The position numbers and the translations under genes were made by a program. A DNA stretch of 61,610 nucleotides, counting the filler. It is 7 parts of 7 records of this genome, joined end to end, with 100 filler letters (N's around TTAATTAATTAA, not from the genome) between each part and the next. Parts side by side here need not be neighbours in the genome. Positions count along the whole stretch, not along the records: positions 33,496 to 42,908 come from SRR31147125_19262; positions 43,009 to 51,392 come from SRR31147125_19275; positions 51,493 to 61,610 come from SRR31147125_19278; 4 more parts are not named here. One strand, written 5' to 3'. Shown here piece after piece: positions 42,200-51,727 of this stretch; positions within the stretch are counted from its first letter, which is position 1, and each line of letters begins with the position of its first letter. The notes below the pieces were generated by a model that worked only from the letters and a program-made list of their open reading frames with translations, did not search any database and was not told the origin of the DNA.

Positions 42200-42829
42200 T
42201 CATGCGGTTGCCTCTGGAGCGTTGAACAAATCTTCCCGACACAGTTTTTCGAGCTCCATTATGATTAACTCATGGAGCATCGGGCGATCTTCAAAGCTTT
42301 CCAATCTGCCGTTGCCCTTGTGGATACGTACGGCCATTTTATTGGCTAATTCTTCCATTTCTATGTCAGCTTTGGTGTGAGCTATCTCAAGCTTTTTGGT
42401 ATTGAGATTTGTCTTCTGCACAGCGTTTTTCTTTTTCACGCTTCCGATATCGATCTGTGTCTGTTGAGGAAAAAAGTGATTGTAAAGTGCACGATAACAT
42501 TCCTTCTGATAGCGAATGATCTTCTCCCGGCGCTCTCCCTCATACCTGAGTGGGTTAATTTTGAAGAGCCATCCGTTGAGGTACTCAAGGGGGAGACAAA
42601 GCATCTCACGTTGTTTATTATCCTTGGCAACCACCGTCACAATGACCCCCTTTGAATTGAGAACCAAGTCCGATTGAATGTTGCGACGTTGGTCTTTCCA
42701 ATCCAAGTCCAAGGGCTCACAAATTGGTTTTAGTGGAACAAAATACTCCCCATTCTTTTCAATTACGGTTAGCTCATCACCATCGAAAGTCACCATGTTT
42801 ACGTTGACCGGTAGGTTTAATGCTGTCAT
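42200..42829 (-). CDS. Phage antirepressor with P22 Ant N-terminal domain, copy 2
   Basis: Same motif set as copy 1 (CLPLEYLNGWLFKINP.RYEG..REKIIRYQ.ECY), divergent C-terminus. Confidence 0.88.
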   Translation of the reverse strand: MTALNLPVNVNMVTFDGDELTVIEKNGEYFVPLKPICEPLDLDWKDQRRNIQSDLVLNSKGVIVTVVAKDNKQREMLCLPLEYLNGWLFKINPLRYEGERREKIIRYQKECYRALYNHFFPQQTQIDIGSVKKKNAVQKTNLNTKKLEIAHTKADIEMEELANKMAVRIHKGNGRLESFEDRPMLHELIIMELEKLCREDLFNAPEATA

Positions 42830-42847
42830 AGTGTTCTCCCTTTGCTG

Positions 42848-42907
42848 TTATGCTGCGGTTTCAGCAGCGTTCTTGTTGCCTTCCGACCACAGGTAGTCGT
42901 AGTCTTT
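42848..42907 (-). CDS. 3' end of a second Cro/Ner-like gene (truncated by contig edge)
   Basis: KDYDYLWSEGNKNAAETAA* matches KDFDYLWPEETTVQATNHA* of 41293-41511 and occupies the same position before an ant gene. Confidence 0.7.
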   Translation of the reverse strand, partial: KDYDYLWSEGNKNAAETAA

Positions 42908-42908
42908 T

Positions 42909-43008
42909 NNNNNNNNNNNNNNNNNNNNNNNNNNNNNNNNNNNNNNNNNNNNTTAATTAATTAANNNNNNNNNNNNNNNNNNNNNNNNNNNNNNNNNNNN
43001 NNNNNNNN
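42909..43008. other. Artificial contig spacer
   Basis: N44-TTAATTAATTAA-N44. Confidence 0.99.
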
Positions 43009-44201
43009 GGAGTCTTTTCCATCAGATACATAATCGCTGAACATTGTTCCATTCGAAAGGATGATAAATGGCCCTTTGCAGTCGAGCAATTGTTCTTCGA
43101 GCCACTGCATTTGTTCGTCGCCCAGAAAATTCCCCTTTTCGCGAAAGTACCGGTTGTCGAGCATAATTACATCGGCAGGGCCAATGCGGGAGCGAAAATA
43201 AACGCCTGCGCCATCCTCGTCCGAACCGTAAGGCGGATTGTTCCATGAATTACGGAAAACATCGCTAACTGCCTTTTTGTCTTTTGTTGTAAAACCTTTT
43301 GGAGTGCCCCACAGATCATTGTTGAAATAGTCGTGGTCGTCCCAGGTGGCGTAAAACGGTATGTTGGCCACCAGGTTTTTCCATGCTGTTTGGAAATCGC
43401 GCAGAAGATAATCAGCGCGGTGCATGGCAATATTATTGAGGCGATCTTGTGCTGCTATGTCGCCATTAGCCAGCATTGCCAGTGGTTTGTGGTTCTTTAT
43501 TTCATTAATCAAACGCTGGTTGCACAATCCCCAACGGTGAAAGCACGAACCAAAAACGATGCTTGTTTTTGCCGGGTTATCGGGGGCGTTACAAAAAAAG
43601 TTTCGGCTTGCAGGTTTATTTGTTCGCCATTAACCAATACATTATAATTGTATTTTGTGCCTGGTTTAAGTCCGGTAACTTTAACAACAGCGGTTAAATC
43701 TGTTTCAGAAGTACTTTTTACAGGGCCATAAGTTTTGTTTTCGCCTTCAACATTGATTTCAACTTTGGCAGGGAACAAAGTCCTTACCCAAACATTCACT
43801 CCGGTAGACGAAACATTTCCTAACATAGGACCTCCTGTCAGGATAATGCTGTTTCTTTCGCAAAGCCTTGTGAAATCTTCTTCTTCAGAAAGGTCGGCAA
43901 ATGTGAAATTAGAATTGGCATCAAATTTTTTAAAAGCCTCGGTATAAATATTATTAATATGTTCTGGCTTTTCTTCGCAGAGGTTTAAAAGATGTAAATT
44001 TCCCTGTAAATCGAAAGTATGAGCCTTTTTACTGTGAATGTCTTTCAAATATGTTTGGGCAGATGCCGGTACTACGAATAGTATACTCAGGCAAATCAGG
44101 CCCGGAATTAATATTTTTTTGAGTTTTCGTTCATTTTTTTTTATGGTTGAACATCCGGAAAAATGGGGAAGTATGGGCGAAGACAGAATGAAATTTTTCA
44201 T
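43009..44201 (-). CDS. PhoD-like alkaline phosphatase family protein, paralog 1 (3'-truncated, 1-nt indel at G run 43582-43586)
   Basis: GGPMLG..., GLKPGTKYNY, restored FGSCFH, GDIA, TWDDHDY, LDNRY. Confidence 0.85.
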
Positions 44202-44219
44202 TGGAATTCATTTTAATGA

Positions 44220-45065
44220 TTAAAACAGATTTTTCAACCAAGTTTCCGCCAATTTAGGCCAGGTTTCGGCGGCAACAATTCCGGGACGCATTCCGTATCC
44301 GTGCCCTCCCTCGGGTAATAAATGCAGTTCAACCGGCACCTTAGCATCGCGTAAAGCCTGGGCGTAAACCAATGCACTGTTAGCCAACCGGTCGTCGGCA
44401 GTTTGAAAAATAAATGTTGGAGGTGTATTTTCATTTACCTCCAGTTCCGGCGTTAGGCTGCGATTTTCGCCCTTATTAAGGTAGGCCGGATAAATAAGCA
44501 TTACAAAATCAGGTCTACAGGAAACATCATCAATTTTATCCACTTTAGGATAAGTATTGTTTTCATACATTGTACTCGCACGTGCACTTAAACTTCCTCC
44601 GGCAGAGAATCCCATAATACCAATTTTCTCATTATTTAAATTCCATTCTTGTGCCCGCGAACGAACTATTCGCATTGCACGTTGAGCATCCTGCAACGCA
44701 CCTTCTTGTTTTTTAGGAACACGATATTGCAGTACAAATGCTGAAAATCCAAGCGTATTTAACCATTCAGCAATTTCATATCCTTCTTTGTCGATAGCCA
44801 GAATATTGTAGCCACCGCCGGGGCAGATAATTATTCCTGCGCCATTGTTATTATATACAGGCGCCGGATAAACAACCATTGCCGGATCGGTAATATCTGT
44901 AATTCTGGTTACAAATCCTTTTTTATTATCCGTAACAACAGGCTTATGTTTGGCTTCTGTTTCTTTTGGAACCTTGCCGGGCCACAAATGGATTATTTCT
45001 TTATCCTGAGAAAATAAATTGAGCGAAAACAAGAGCGAAAAAAGAAGTACTATAAAAGTTTTCAT
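44220..45065 (-). CDS. Secreted alpha/beta hydrolase (esterase-like)
   Basis: ICPGGGY, GFSAGG nucleophile elbow, GGHGYG; signal peptide MKTFIVLL. Confidence 0.88.
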   Translation of the reverse strand: MKTFIVLLFSLLFSLNLFSQDKEIIHLWPGKVPKETEAKHKPVVTDNKKGFVTRITDITDPAMVVYPAPVYNNNGAGIIICPGGGYNILAIDKEGYEIAEWLNTLGFSAFVLQYRVPKKQEGALQDAQRAMRIVRSRAQEWNLNNEKIGIMGFSAGGSLSARASTMYENNTYPKVDKIDDVSCRPDFVMLIYPAYLNKGENRSLTPELEVNENTPPTFIFQTADDRLANSALVYAQALRDAKVPVELHLLPEGGHGYGMRPGIVAAETWPKLAETWLKNLF

Positions 45066-45079
45066 GTTACTATGATGTT

Positions 45080-46591
45080 TTATTCTTTTCGTGGTATTAA
45101 TTTTTCGTAAAGCAATGGGTGTTCCTCCATAATATTTCCAAACTGGTCGATTAACCTGAATGTAACTTTTGGATTTTCCCCTTGGGTATCGAAAGTAAAT
45201 TCGCCAAAAGCAATGGCGGTAGTTCCGTGGTATCCATACAATTGGCAAGTGGAGTCTTTGGCCATTGCGTCGGGACCGGGTACACCTCCCAGTGTTGCCG
45301 TTTCAAATTCGTAAAAAGAAAAACCAGCTGCCCGTGGAATTGTAAAAGCACGCGCACCGTGTCGGTCGCCGCTAACCAGTAGCACTCCCGAAATATTTTC
45401 CTTTTCAATAAAACTAAAAATTTCTTCGCGGGCTTGTGTATCCCAGGTTCCCCACGAGTCTTTCCCATTACTTACATAGTCGCTCCACATGGTTCCGCTG
45501 GAAAGGATTTTAAAAGGAGCATTGGAATTTTTTAAGGTTTCTTTTAACCATGCCAACTGTTCTTCGCCCAAATAGGAACCATACTCATGCCTTTTTTCAA
45601 CTGTCCGGCACGAACGGGTATCGAGCATAATAATTTCAACCGGGCCAATTTGCGTATTAAAATAAATGCCTTCTTTTTCGTTCTCAGGATTGTTCCAGTT
45701 TTGCTGCCACACTGCCCGGGCTGCTTCAATATCGTTCTTGTTGAAACCTTTTGGCATGCCGCTAAGGTCGTTGTTAAAATAGTCGTGATCGTCCCACGTG
45801 GCGTAAAGTGGCACATTGGCCGCAAGCTGGCTCCAGGCTTTTGAAACATCGCGCAGTAAATAATCAGAACGGTGCATGTTTATTTGGTTCTCGCGATCGT
45901 CAACTGCAATGTCGCCCAAAAGCATCATTGCGTTTGGTTTTCTTTTTAATATTTGGTTGATAAGGTTTGGATTGTGCAGGCCAATTTTATGAAAGCACGA
46001 GCCAAAGGTAACTCTAAAAATAGTGTTTTTATTTGCCGGTGGTGCAGTGGTTAAATTTCCCTCAGCAAGCTTTTCTTTTTTTGAGAGAATGGTATAGTTG
46101 TATTGAGTTTCAGGAGTTAGTCCATCTATTACAATTCGTTGCTCCACCCCCGGATTAACTGATTTTTTCTTAAGTATTTTTTCTTTCCCACTAATGGTTT
46201 CAACCACTTTTATTGTGAAAGACGATTTTGTTGATGGACGCACCCAGATAATAACTCCATCGTCGCTCAGATTCCCAAGTAATGGCCCGCCTATTAATGA
46301 CAATCCATTTTTTTTCGCCTCCTCCAGAATTTTTTTATCGGTAAAATCGGCATTTGGGTTTTCGGCAAAAACAGTACGCGAGTTCAAGTAAAATTCTCTT
46401 TTGTTTTCAGGCAAAAGCATATAGCTGTCGAGCAATTTTGTATCGATTTCGAGGTTGCCAATGTGTGCCTGTGGTAGTGTTACTTTATGGCGGGGTGGAA
46501 TGGTGTCGGTGCGATTACCAAAACAAAGGTTGCAAACATGCAGAGCTACGCTTAAAACAAAAAAATGTAATAGGAATTGATATTTGTTCAT
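45080..46591 (-). CDS. PhoD-like alkaline phosphatase family protein, paralog 2
   Basis: FGSCFH, LLGDIA, TWDDHDY, LDTR, SGDRH. Confidence 0.88.
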   Translation of the reverse strand: MNKYQFLLHFFVLSVALHVCNLCFGNRTDTIPPRHKVTLPQAHIGNLEIDTKLLDSYMLLPENKREFYLNSRTVFAENPNADFTDKKILEEAKKNGLSLIGGPLLGNLSDDGVIIWVRPSTKSSFTIKVVETISGKEKILKKKSVNPGVEQRIVIDGLTPETQYNYTILSKKEKLAEGNLTTAPPANKNTIFRVTFGSCFHKIGLHNPNLINQILKRKPNAMMLLGDIAVDDRENQINMHRSDYLLRDVSKAWSQLAANVPLYATWDDHDYFNNDLSGMPKGFNKNDIEAARAVWQQNWNNPENEKEGIYFNTQIGPVEIIMLDTRSCRTVEKRHEYGSYLGEEQLAWLKETLKNSNAPFKILSSGTMWSDYVSNGKDSWGTWDTQAREEIFSFIEKENISGVLLVSGDRHGARAFTIPRAAGFSFYEFETATLGGVPGPDAMAKDSTCQLYGYHGTTAIAFGEFTFDTQGENPKVTFRLIDQFGNIMEEHPLLYEKLIPRKE

Positions 46592-46611
46592 GGTTGAATT
46601 ATTATATGAGT

Positions 46612-48159
46612 TTAGTTGAATGTTGGCAATGAGTTTTTCCAATCATTGAACAGGTGTTCCATTTCTTTTACCTTCTCAGGATTTTTCGAGGCAAGGTTAT
46701 TTGTTTCAGTCGGATCATTTTCAATATTGTAAAGTTCGAACGGTTTGTCCAAACCCTCTTTTACAATTTTATATCCATTGGAATACACTGCCTTACCACG
46801 TCGCCATTCCCAAAATATTGGTTTTTCGCGTTGGGCTTCTTCACCTTTAAATGTAGCAAGAAGGCTTTCGCCCTGCAACGGTGTAATTTGCTGATTGTTG
46901 AATTCTGTTGGATAATCGGCTCCTGTAATATCAACCAAGGTTGCCATCATATCGATAAAATGCCCTGGAAATTCGGAAAACGAATTGGCTTTAATTTTGT
47001 TGGGCCAGTAAGCGATAAACGGAGTATTAATTCCTCCTTCGTAACTGAAATTTTTATAATAGCGATAAGGCGTGTTACTAACGTTTGCCCAGTTGCCACC
47101 AAGCGAACTCCAGCGGGTCATTGTTCCCACTTCGCCGTAATCGTCGGAAATTCGAACCATTTCAGCGGAAGCCCCGTTATCGGCCACAAACATAATTAGC
47201 GTGTTTTCGTCTTTCCCAATTTCTTTGAGTTTTTGTAATACTCTCCCAATATTCTGATCCATTCGGTCAATCATGGCAGCATAAACTTCCATTTTCTGAA
47301 TTTCGTTGGTTCGCATCGAATCGCTTAATTGCTCCCAATTTTCGTAAGTTTCTTCCGAGAGCCTGTATTTATCGTTAATTAAACCCATTTCCTGTTGTTT
47401 CTTGTAACGTGCCAAACGTATTTTTTCATAACCGTCGTTGTATTTTCCTTTGTATTTGGCAATATCTTCGGGCCAGGCCATTAATGGGTCGTGGGGAGCC
47501 GTAAATGCAAGGTAAAGAAAGAATGGATTTTCTTCGTTTTTATATTCTTCCAGCCAGTCGACAGCGTAATTTGCAAAGTAGTCGGTGGTGTAAAAGTCTT
47601 TTGCTTCAGGAGTGTAAGGTTTGTACATTTTATCGTCGATACACCAGGCTCGATTATTTTTTTTGCCGGGTTTTCCTTTGCGAGCCGGAACTCCTTCACC
47701 GGGGCGTTGTTCTCCGGGATTAAAATAATTGCAGCAACCGTCTTTTAATCCGTAATAGCGGTCGAAACCACGGGTGTAAGGATTTTCCAGGCCATGGTGT
47801 TTTCCCGACCAAAGTGTACGGTATCCTGATGTTTTTAACACTTCGCCCAAAGTTACCGCATTGGTAATTGGGTTTGTGTGCGTTTTATGGTAATTATTTT
47901 GTTGCGCATAAACTCCGGTAACTAAACACGCCCTCGATGGAAAGCATTTCGAGGTATTGTGGAAATTTGTAAAACGCATTCCGCCTTCACCAAGTTTATC
48001 AAGGTTTGGTGTTTTTACTTCGCTGCCGTAACAGCCTATATCGCTCCAGCCCAAATCGTCGGCACTAATGAGTATAATATTTGGTTTCGAAGTTTCTTTT
48101 GTACAGGATTGAAACAAAAAGAAACAAAGAATAATAGGTAAAAGCCAGGTTTTCTTCAT
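46612..48159 (-). CDS. Arylsulfatase (S1, Cys-type) lipoprotein
   Basis: PNIILISADDLG, CFPSRA (CxPxR), GKHH, APHDP, DNG, YEGG; FQSC lipobox. Confidence 0.93.
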   Translation of the reverse strand: MKKTWLLPIILCFFLFQSCTKETSKPNIILISADDLGWSDIGCYGSEVKTPNLDKLGEGGMRFTNFHNTSKCFPSRACLVTGVYAQQNNYHKTHTNPITNAVTLGEVLKTSGYRTLWSGKHHGLENPYTRGFDRYYGLKDGCCNYFNPGEQRPGEGVPARKGKPGKKNNRAWCIDDKMYKPYTPEAKDFYTTDYFANYAVDWLEEYKNEENPFFLYLAFTAPHDPLMAWPEDIAKYKGKYNDGYEKIRLARYKKQQEMGLINDKYRLSEETYENWEQLSDSMRTNEIQKMEVYAAMIDRMDQNIGRVLQKLKEIGKDENTLIMFVADNGASAEMVRISDDYGEVGTMTRWSSLGGNWANVSNTPYRYYKNFSYEGGINTPFIAYWPNKIKANSFSEFPGHFIDMMATLVDITGADYPTEFNNQQITPLQGESLLATFKGEEAQREKPIFWEWRRGKAVYSNGYKIVKEGLDKPFELYNIENDPTETNNLASKNPEKVKEMEHLFNDWKNSLPTFN

Positions 48160-48325
48160 CGGTTTTTGATTATGTTTTAAAATTCCGTTATCGTTAACGG
48201 AAGTGTAAAAGTAGCAATTTGACTTAATAATTTAAATGAATACATCGAATTTATCCTTTGGCAGTATATTTCATTTACACTTAAGATTTTTGTAAATTTA
48301 AATCGAATCAACTAAAACTATATCT

Positions 48326-49405
48326 ATGACTTTCAGAATTTTTGTTTCGCTGCTTCTGATTGTTTCATTGACGTCTGTATCTCCTCAAAAAAAGAATGAA
48401 GCTTTTATTGATAAACTTTTGCCATCGGTTAAAAATGGTGGTTTCGAAATGGAAGATTACTGGGTTTGGGGAGCTTCGGTAATTAAAGGCGAAGATGGAA
48501 AATACCACATGTTTGCTTCGCGTTGGCCGAAAAAATATCCCTTTTTTAATGGCTACATTTTTTATTCCGAAATAGTTCGTGCTGTATCGGACAAGCCCGA
48601 AGGACCATTCGAATTTCGGGAAGTGGTAATGAAACCAAGAGGAGCCGGTTTTTGGGACGGAAGAATGACACATAATCCAACCATTCATAAATGTGGCGAT
48701 ACATATTTACTTTTTTATATCGGAACAACTTACGAGGGAGAAGGTGCTTCTCCGGAATTATTACAAGAGCCAATTTCTGATGAAGTAAAAAACTGGAAGC
48801 AGAAAATTTACAGCAAAATCAGAATTGGAATGGCAAGTTCGAAATCGGTTTTAGGGCCATGGAAAAGATTGGACGAACCTGTTTTGTTACCAAGACCAGG
48901 CAAGTGGGACGATAATGTTACCACAAATCCAGCACCGTGTGTTGCCGACGATGGAAGCATTTTATTGGTTTACCGCTCCAATGTTCCGGAAAAAGGAACT
49001 CGTTTGGGCGTAGCAAAATCAGAAGGTTTAGGCAAACCATTTGAGCGGATTCGCGATAATTACATGGATTTTCATGTGGAAGACCCGTACATTTGGTGGG
49101 TGAACGATCATTACGAAATGATTGCCAAAGACCAGTCGGGCACCTTAACCGAAGAATACCATGCCGGAGTGCATGCTACCTCGAAAGATGGAATTAACTG
49201 GGAAATTAGTAATCCTGCAAAAGCGTACTCGCGGGTAATAGCCTGGAACGATGGAACTTCTGTTAACCAGGGAAGCTTTGAACGCCCGCAGTTGCTTATC
49301 GAAAATGACAAACCTGTTTGTTTGTATTGTGCAACCGGCGATGGTCCGGGTGGCTTTAATAACGCTTTAAAAACCTGGAATGTAGCAACTCCGTTTAAAA
49401 AGTAA
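48326..49405 (+). CDS. Five-bladed beta-propeller glycoside hydrolase (GH43/32/68/117/130-like)
   Basis: WVWG.S...GKYHMFASRW, HNPTI, NPAP, EDPYIW, S.DG..W, ERPQL. Confidence 0.75.
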   Translation: MTFRIFVSLLLIVSLTSVSPQKKNEAFIDKLLPSVKNGGFEMEDYWVWGASVIKGEDGKYHMFASRWPKKYPFFNGYIFYSEIVRAVSDKPEGPFEFREVVMKPRGAGFWDGRMTHNPTIHKCGDTYLLFYIGTTYEGEGASPELLQEPISDEVKNWKQKIYSKIRIGMASSKSVLGPWKRLDEPVLLPRPGKWDDNVTTNPAPCVADDGSILLVYRSNVPEKGTRLGVAKSEGLGKPFERIRDNYMDFHVEDPYIWWVNDHYEMIAKDQSGTLTEEYHAGVHATSKDGINWEISNPAKAYSRVIAWNDGTSVNQGSFERPQLLIENDKPVCLYCATGDGPGGFNNALKTWNVATPFKK

Positions 49406-49475
49406 ATTATTGTTGAATTGTGTAACAATAAAATAAAACAATAGACTTTTAATATATAGCTCAAAATTGAAAACC

Positions 49476-51218
49476 ATGAAAAATCTATTACTGGCATTGG
49501 CAACAATTGCTGTGCTTATTTCGTGCTCACCGCAATCCAAAGAATCGAAACAAAAAAACGAAGTAGTTACCAAACAAGATAAAAAAATGGAATGGTGGCG
49601 CGATGCCCGTTTCGGGATGTTTATTCACTGGGGAATTTATTCGGTACCTGCCGGATTCTACAAAGGAAAACCACAAAAAAATTCAGCCGAATGGATTATG
49701 AACCGCGGAAATATTCCTGTGGCAGAATACGCCAAATTTGCTGAATTATTCAATCCTACTCTTTTCAACCCAAAAACTTTTGTTGGGCTGGCAAAAGAAG
49801 CCGGAATGAAATACATGGTAATCACCGCGAAACACCACGATGGCTTTGCTATGTTCGACTCGGAATGTAACCCTTTTAATATTGTTGATGCTACTCCCTA
49901 CGGAAAAGATGTGCTGAAGCAATTGGCCGACGAATGTGCCAAACAAGGCATAAAATTCGGATTTTATTATTCGCAGGCGCAAGACTGGAGTCACCCCGGA
50001 GGAATGGGAAACAACTGGGACAAAACCATGCAACGTGTTAGCAGCGATGCTTATGTTTTGGAAAAAGCACTTCCTGAAGTAAATCAGCTTTTAACCGATT
50101 ACGGTGATATTGCGATTTTTTGGTGGGATACCCCAAGAGCAATGAGCAAAGAAGTGGTGGATAGTTTGTATAATGTGACAACTGCATTACAACCCGCTAT
50201 CATCACTAACGACCGTTTGGGTGACGATTATCCTGGAGACCACAAAACCTACGAGCGCCACATGCCAAAGAAAAAGCCCGAAGATAAATACTGGGAACTT
50301 TGTCAACCTGTTAGCGGAAGCTGGGGCTACCGTAGCGATGACCAGAATTTTAAATCGCTTGAAACCTTAATTGGAAACCTTGCCAACGCAGCAAGCATGG
50401 GAGGAAATTACCTGTTAAATGTGAGCCCTACCTGTTTGGGAACTTTGTCGCCAAAGGCGGTAGAACGTATGAAAGGAATTGGTGCCTGGATGGATAAAAA
50501 CAGCGAAGCTATCTACGAAACTGAAGCCAGCCCTTGCAGCAAAGTTAACTGGGGATATATTACCATGAAAAAGGCTGGCAGCAAAACAAAATTGTATTTG
50601 CATGTTTTCGATTGGGAAGCCGGAAATATTACAGTGCCTATCAGAAATAAATCTGCAAAAGCATATTTGCTTACAAACAAGAAAAAAACATTCAAAACGA
50701 AATCAAGTAAAGAAGGCTTAACTTTACAACTTTCAGGAAACGCTCCCGACGAAATTAACTCGGTTGTCGTTCTTGAATTAACGGATGCCCCCGATGCCAT
50801 TCCTCCAAAGGCTTTTGGTCAAAATGAGGATGGTGTTGTGGCATTTATTACAGAAAGTGCTGAGTTCGAAAACCTTCAGGGATTTGGTATAAAATACAAC
50901 AGTTCGAAAGATTGCGTAGGTAGCTGGAAACATGAGCAGGAAAGAGTGTACTGGACTTTCGCTATCGATAAACCGGGAACATTTAATGTAAGCGCTTCAA
51001 TAGCAGGCCCCGACAATTCGGAATTAACTGTTGAAGTAAACGGACAAAGCAAAACCGTAAACATTCCGGCAACCGGCGATTACGATGTTTTCAAACCACT
51101 TGAAATAGGACAATTCGAGATAAAAGAACCGGGTGACTATAAAATCACATTTAAACCTGTAATTGGTAAGTGGCAGGCAGTTAATTTGAAGGATGTGGTT
51201 ATGATGCCTAAAAAATAA
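49476..51218 (+). CDS. Alpha-L-fucosidase GH29 lipoprotein with C-terminal beta-sandwich/CBM-like domain
   Basis: WWRDARFGMFIHWG, AKHHDGF, FWWD, NDR, SWGY, NYLLNV; LISC lipobox. Confidence 0.92.
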   Translation: MKNLLLALATIAVLISCSPQSKESKQKNEVVTKQDKKMEWWRDARFGMFIHWGIYSVPAGFYKGKPQKNSAEWIMNRGNIPVAEYAKFAELFNPTLFNPKTFVGLAKEAGMKYMVITAKHHDGFAMFDSECNPFNIVDATPYGKDVLKQLADECAKQGIKFGFYYSQAQDWSHPGGMGNNWDKTMQRVSSDAYVLEKALPEVNQLLTDYGDIAIFWWDTPRAMSKEVVDSLYNVTTALQPAIITNDRLGDDYPGDHKTYERHMPKKKPEDKYWELCQPVSGSWGYRSDDQNFKSLETLIGNLANAASMGGNYLLNVSPTCLGTLSPKAVERMKGIGAWMDKNSEAIYETEASPCSKVNWGYITMKKAGSKTKLYLHVFDWEAGNITVPIRNKSAKAYLLTNKKKTFKTKSSKEGLTLQLSGNAPDEINSVVVLELTDAPDAIPPKAFGQNEDGVVAFITESAEFENLQGFGIKYNSSKDCVGSWKHEQERVYWTFAIDKPGTFNVSASIAGPDNSELTVEVNGQSKTVNIPATGDYDVFKPLEIGQFEIKEPGDYKITFKPVIGKWQAVNLKDVVMMPKK

Positions 51219-51232
51219 AACAGTCCGCTTTT

Positions 51233-51271
51233 TCTCCCCGTCATCCTGAGCGTAGTCGAAGGAAGGGGAGA
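51233..51271. repeat. REP-like extragenic palindrome
   Basis: GTCATCCTGAGCGTAGTCGAAGGA core flanked by TCTCCCC/GGGGAGA. Confidence 0.6.
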
Positions 51272-51392
51272 TGCTTGGGTAAGGCAAGTGGGCGGCTGGA
51301 AGGGGTGATGTGAAATTTCAAAAAATAAAATCAATTGGAATGATAAAATAGGAATCTTCACTACCCCTTTGGCCCCGACGTAAAGTACGGGA

Positions 51393-51492
51393 NNNNNNNN
51401 NNNNNNNNNNNNNNNNNNNNNNNNNNNNNNNNNNNNTTAATTAATTAANNNNNNNNNNNNNNNNNNNNNNNNNNNNNNNNNNNNNNNNNNNN
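51393..51492. other. Artificial contig spacer
   Basis: N44-TTAATTAATTAA-N44. Confidence 0.99.
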
Positions 51493-51727
51493 TTTTGTTT
51501 CAATATTTCTAATTAAAAAAAGTAAGGTAAAGTTAATTGATGAGCAGTAGATAACAAATCCTTCTCACTCAGGAAGCCATCATCAATTTACCGACTGAAC
51601 TTATATGCAACACGACTATTCCCAATTCAAGAACACAAGTTCTTTTTACTCATTCTAAATGAGCTGATTTTATTGATATTTATACCAAATAATTATATTT
51701 TTCAAAAAAATAAACAACTTCTTAAAG

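Larger units (their letters stand above)
33497..42908. mobile_element. tRNA-Pro-integrating prophage/phage-satellite-like element (one end only)
   Basis: att fragment, integrase, xis, second recombinase, GemA-like gene, primase-helicase, antirepressors, cro/cI; no virion genes within the contig. Confidence 0.85.

Noticed and set aside
9504-51492. Six identical N44-TTAATTAATTAA-N44 blocks
   Set aside because: Artificial contig joiners; genes across them are not neighbours, and ORFs containing X runs are artefacts at those ends.
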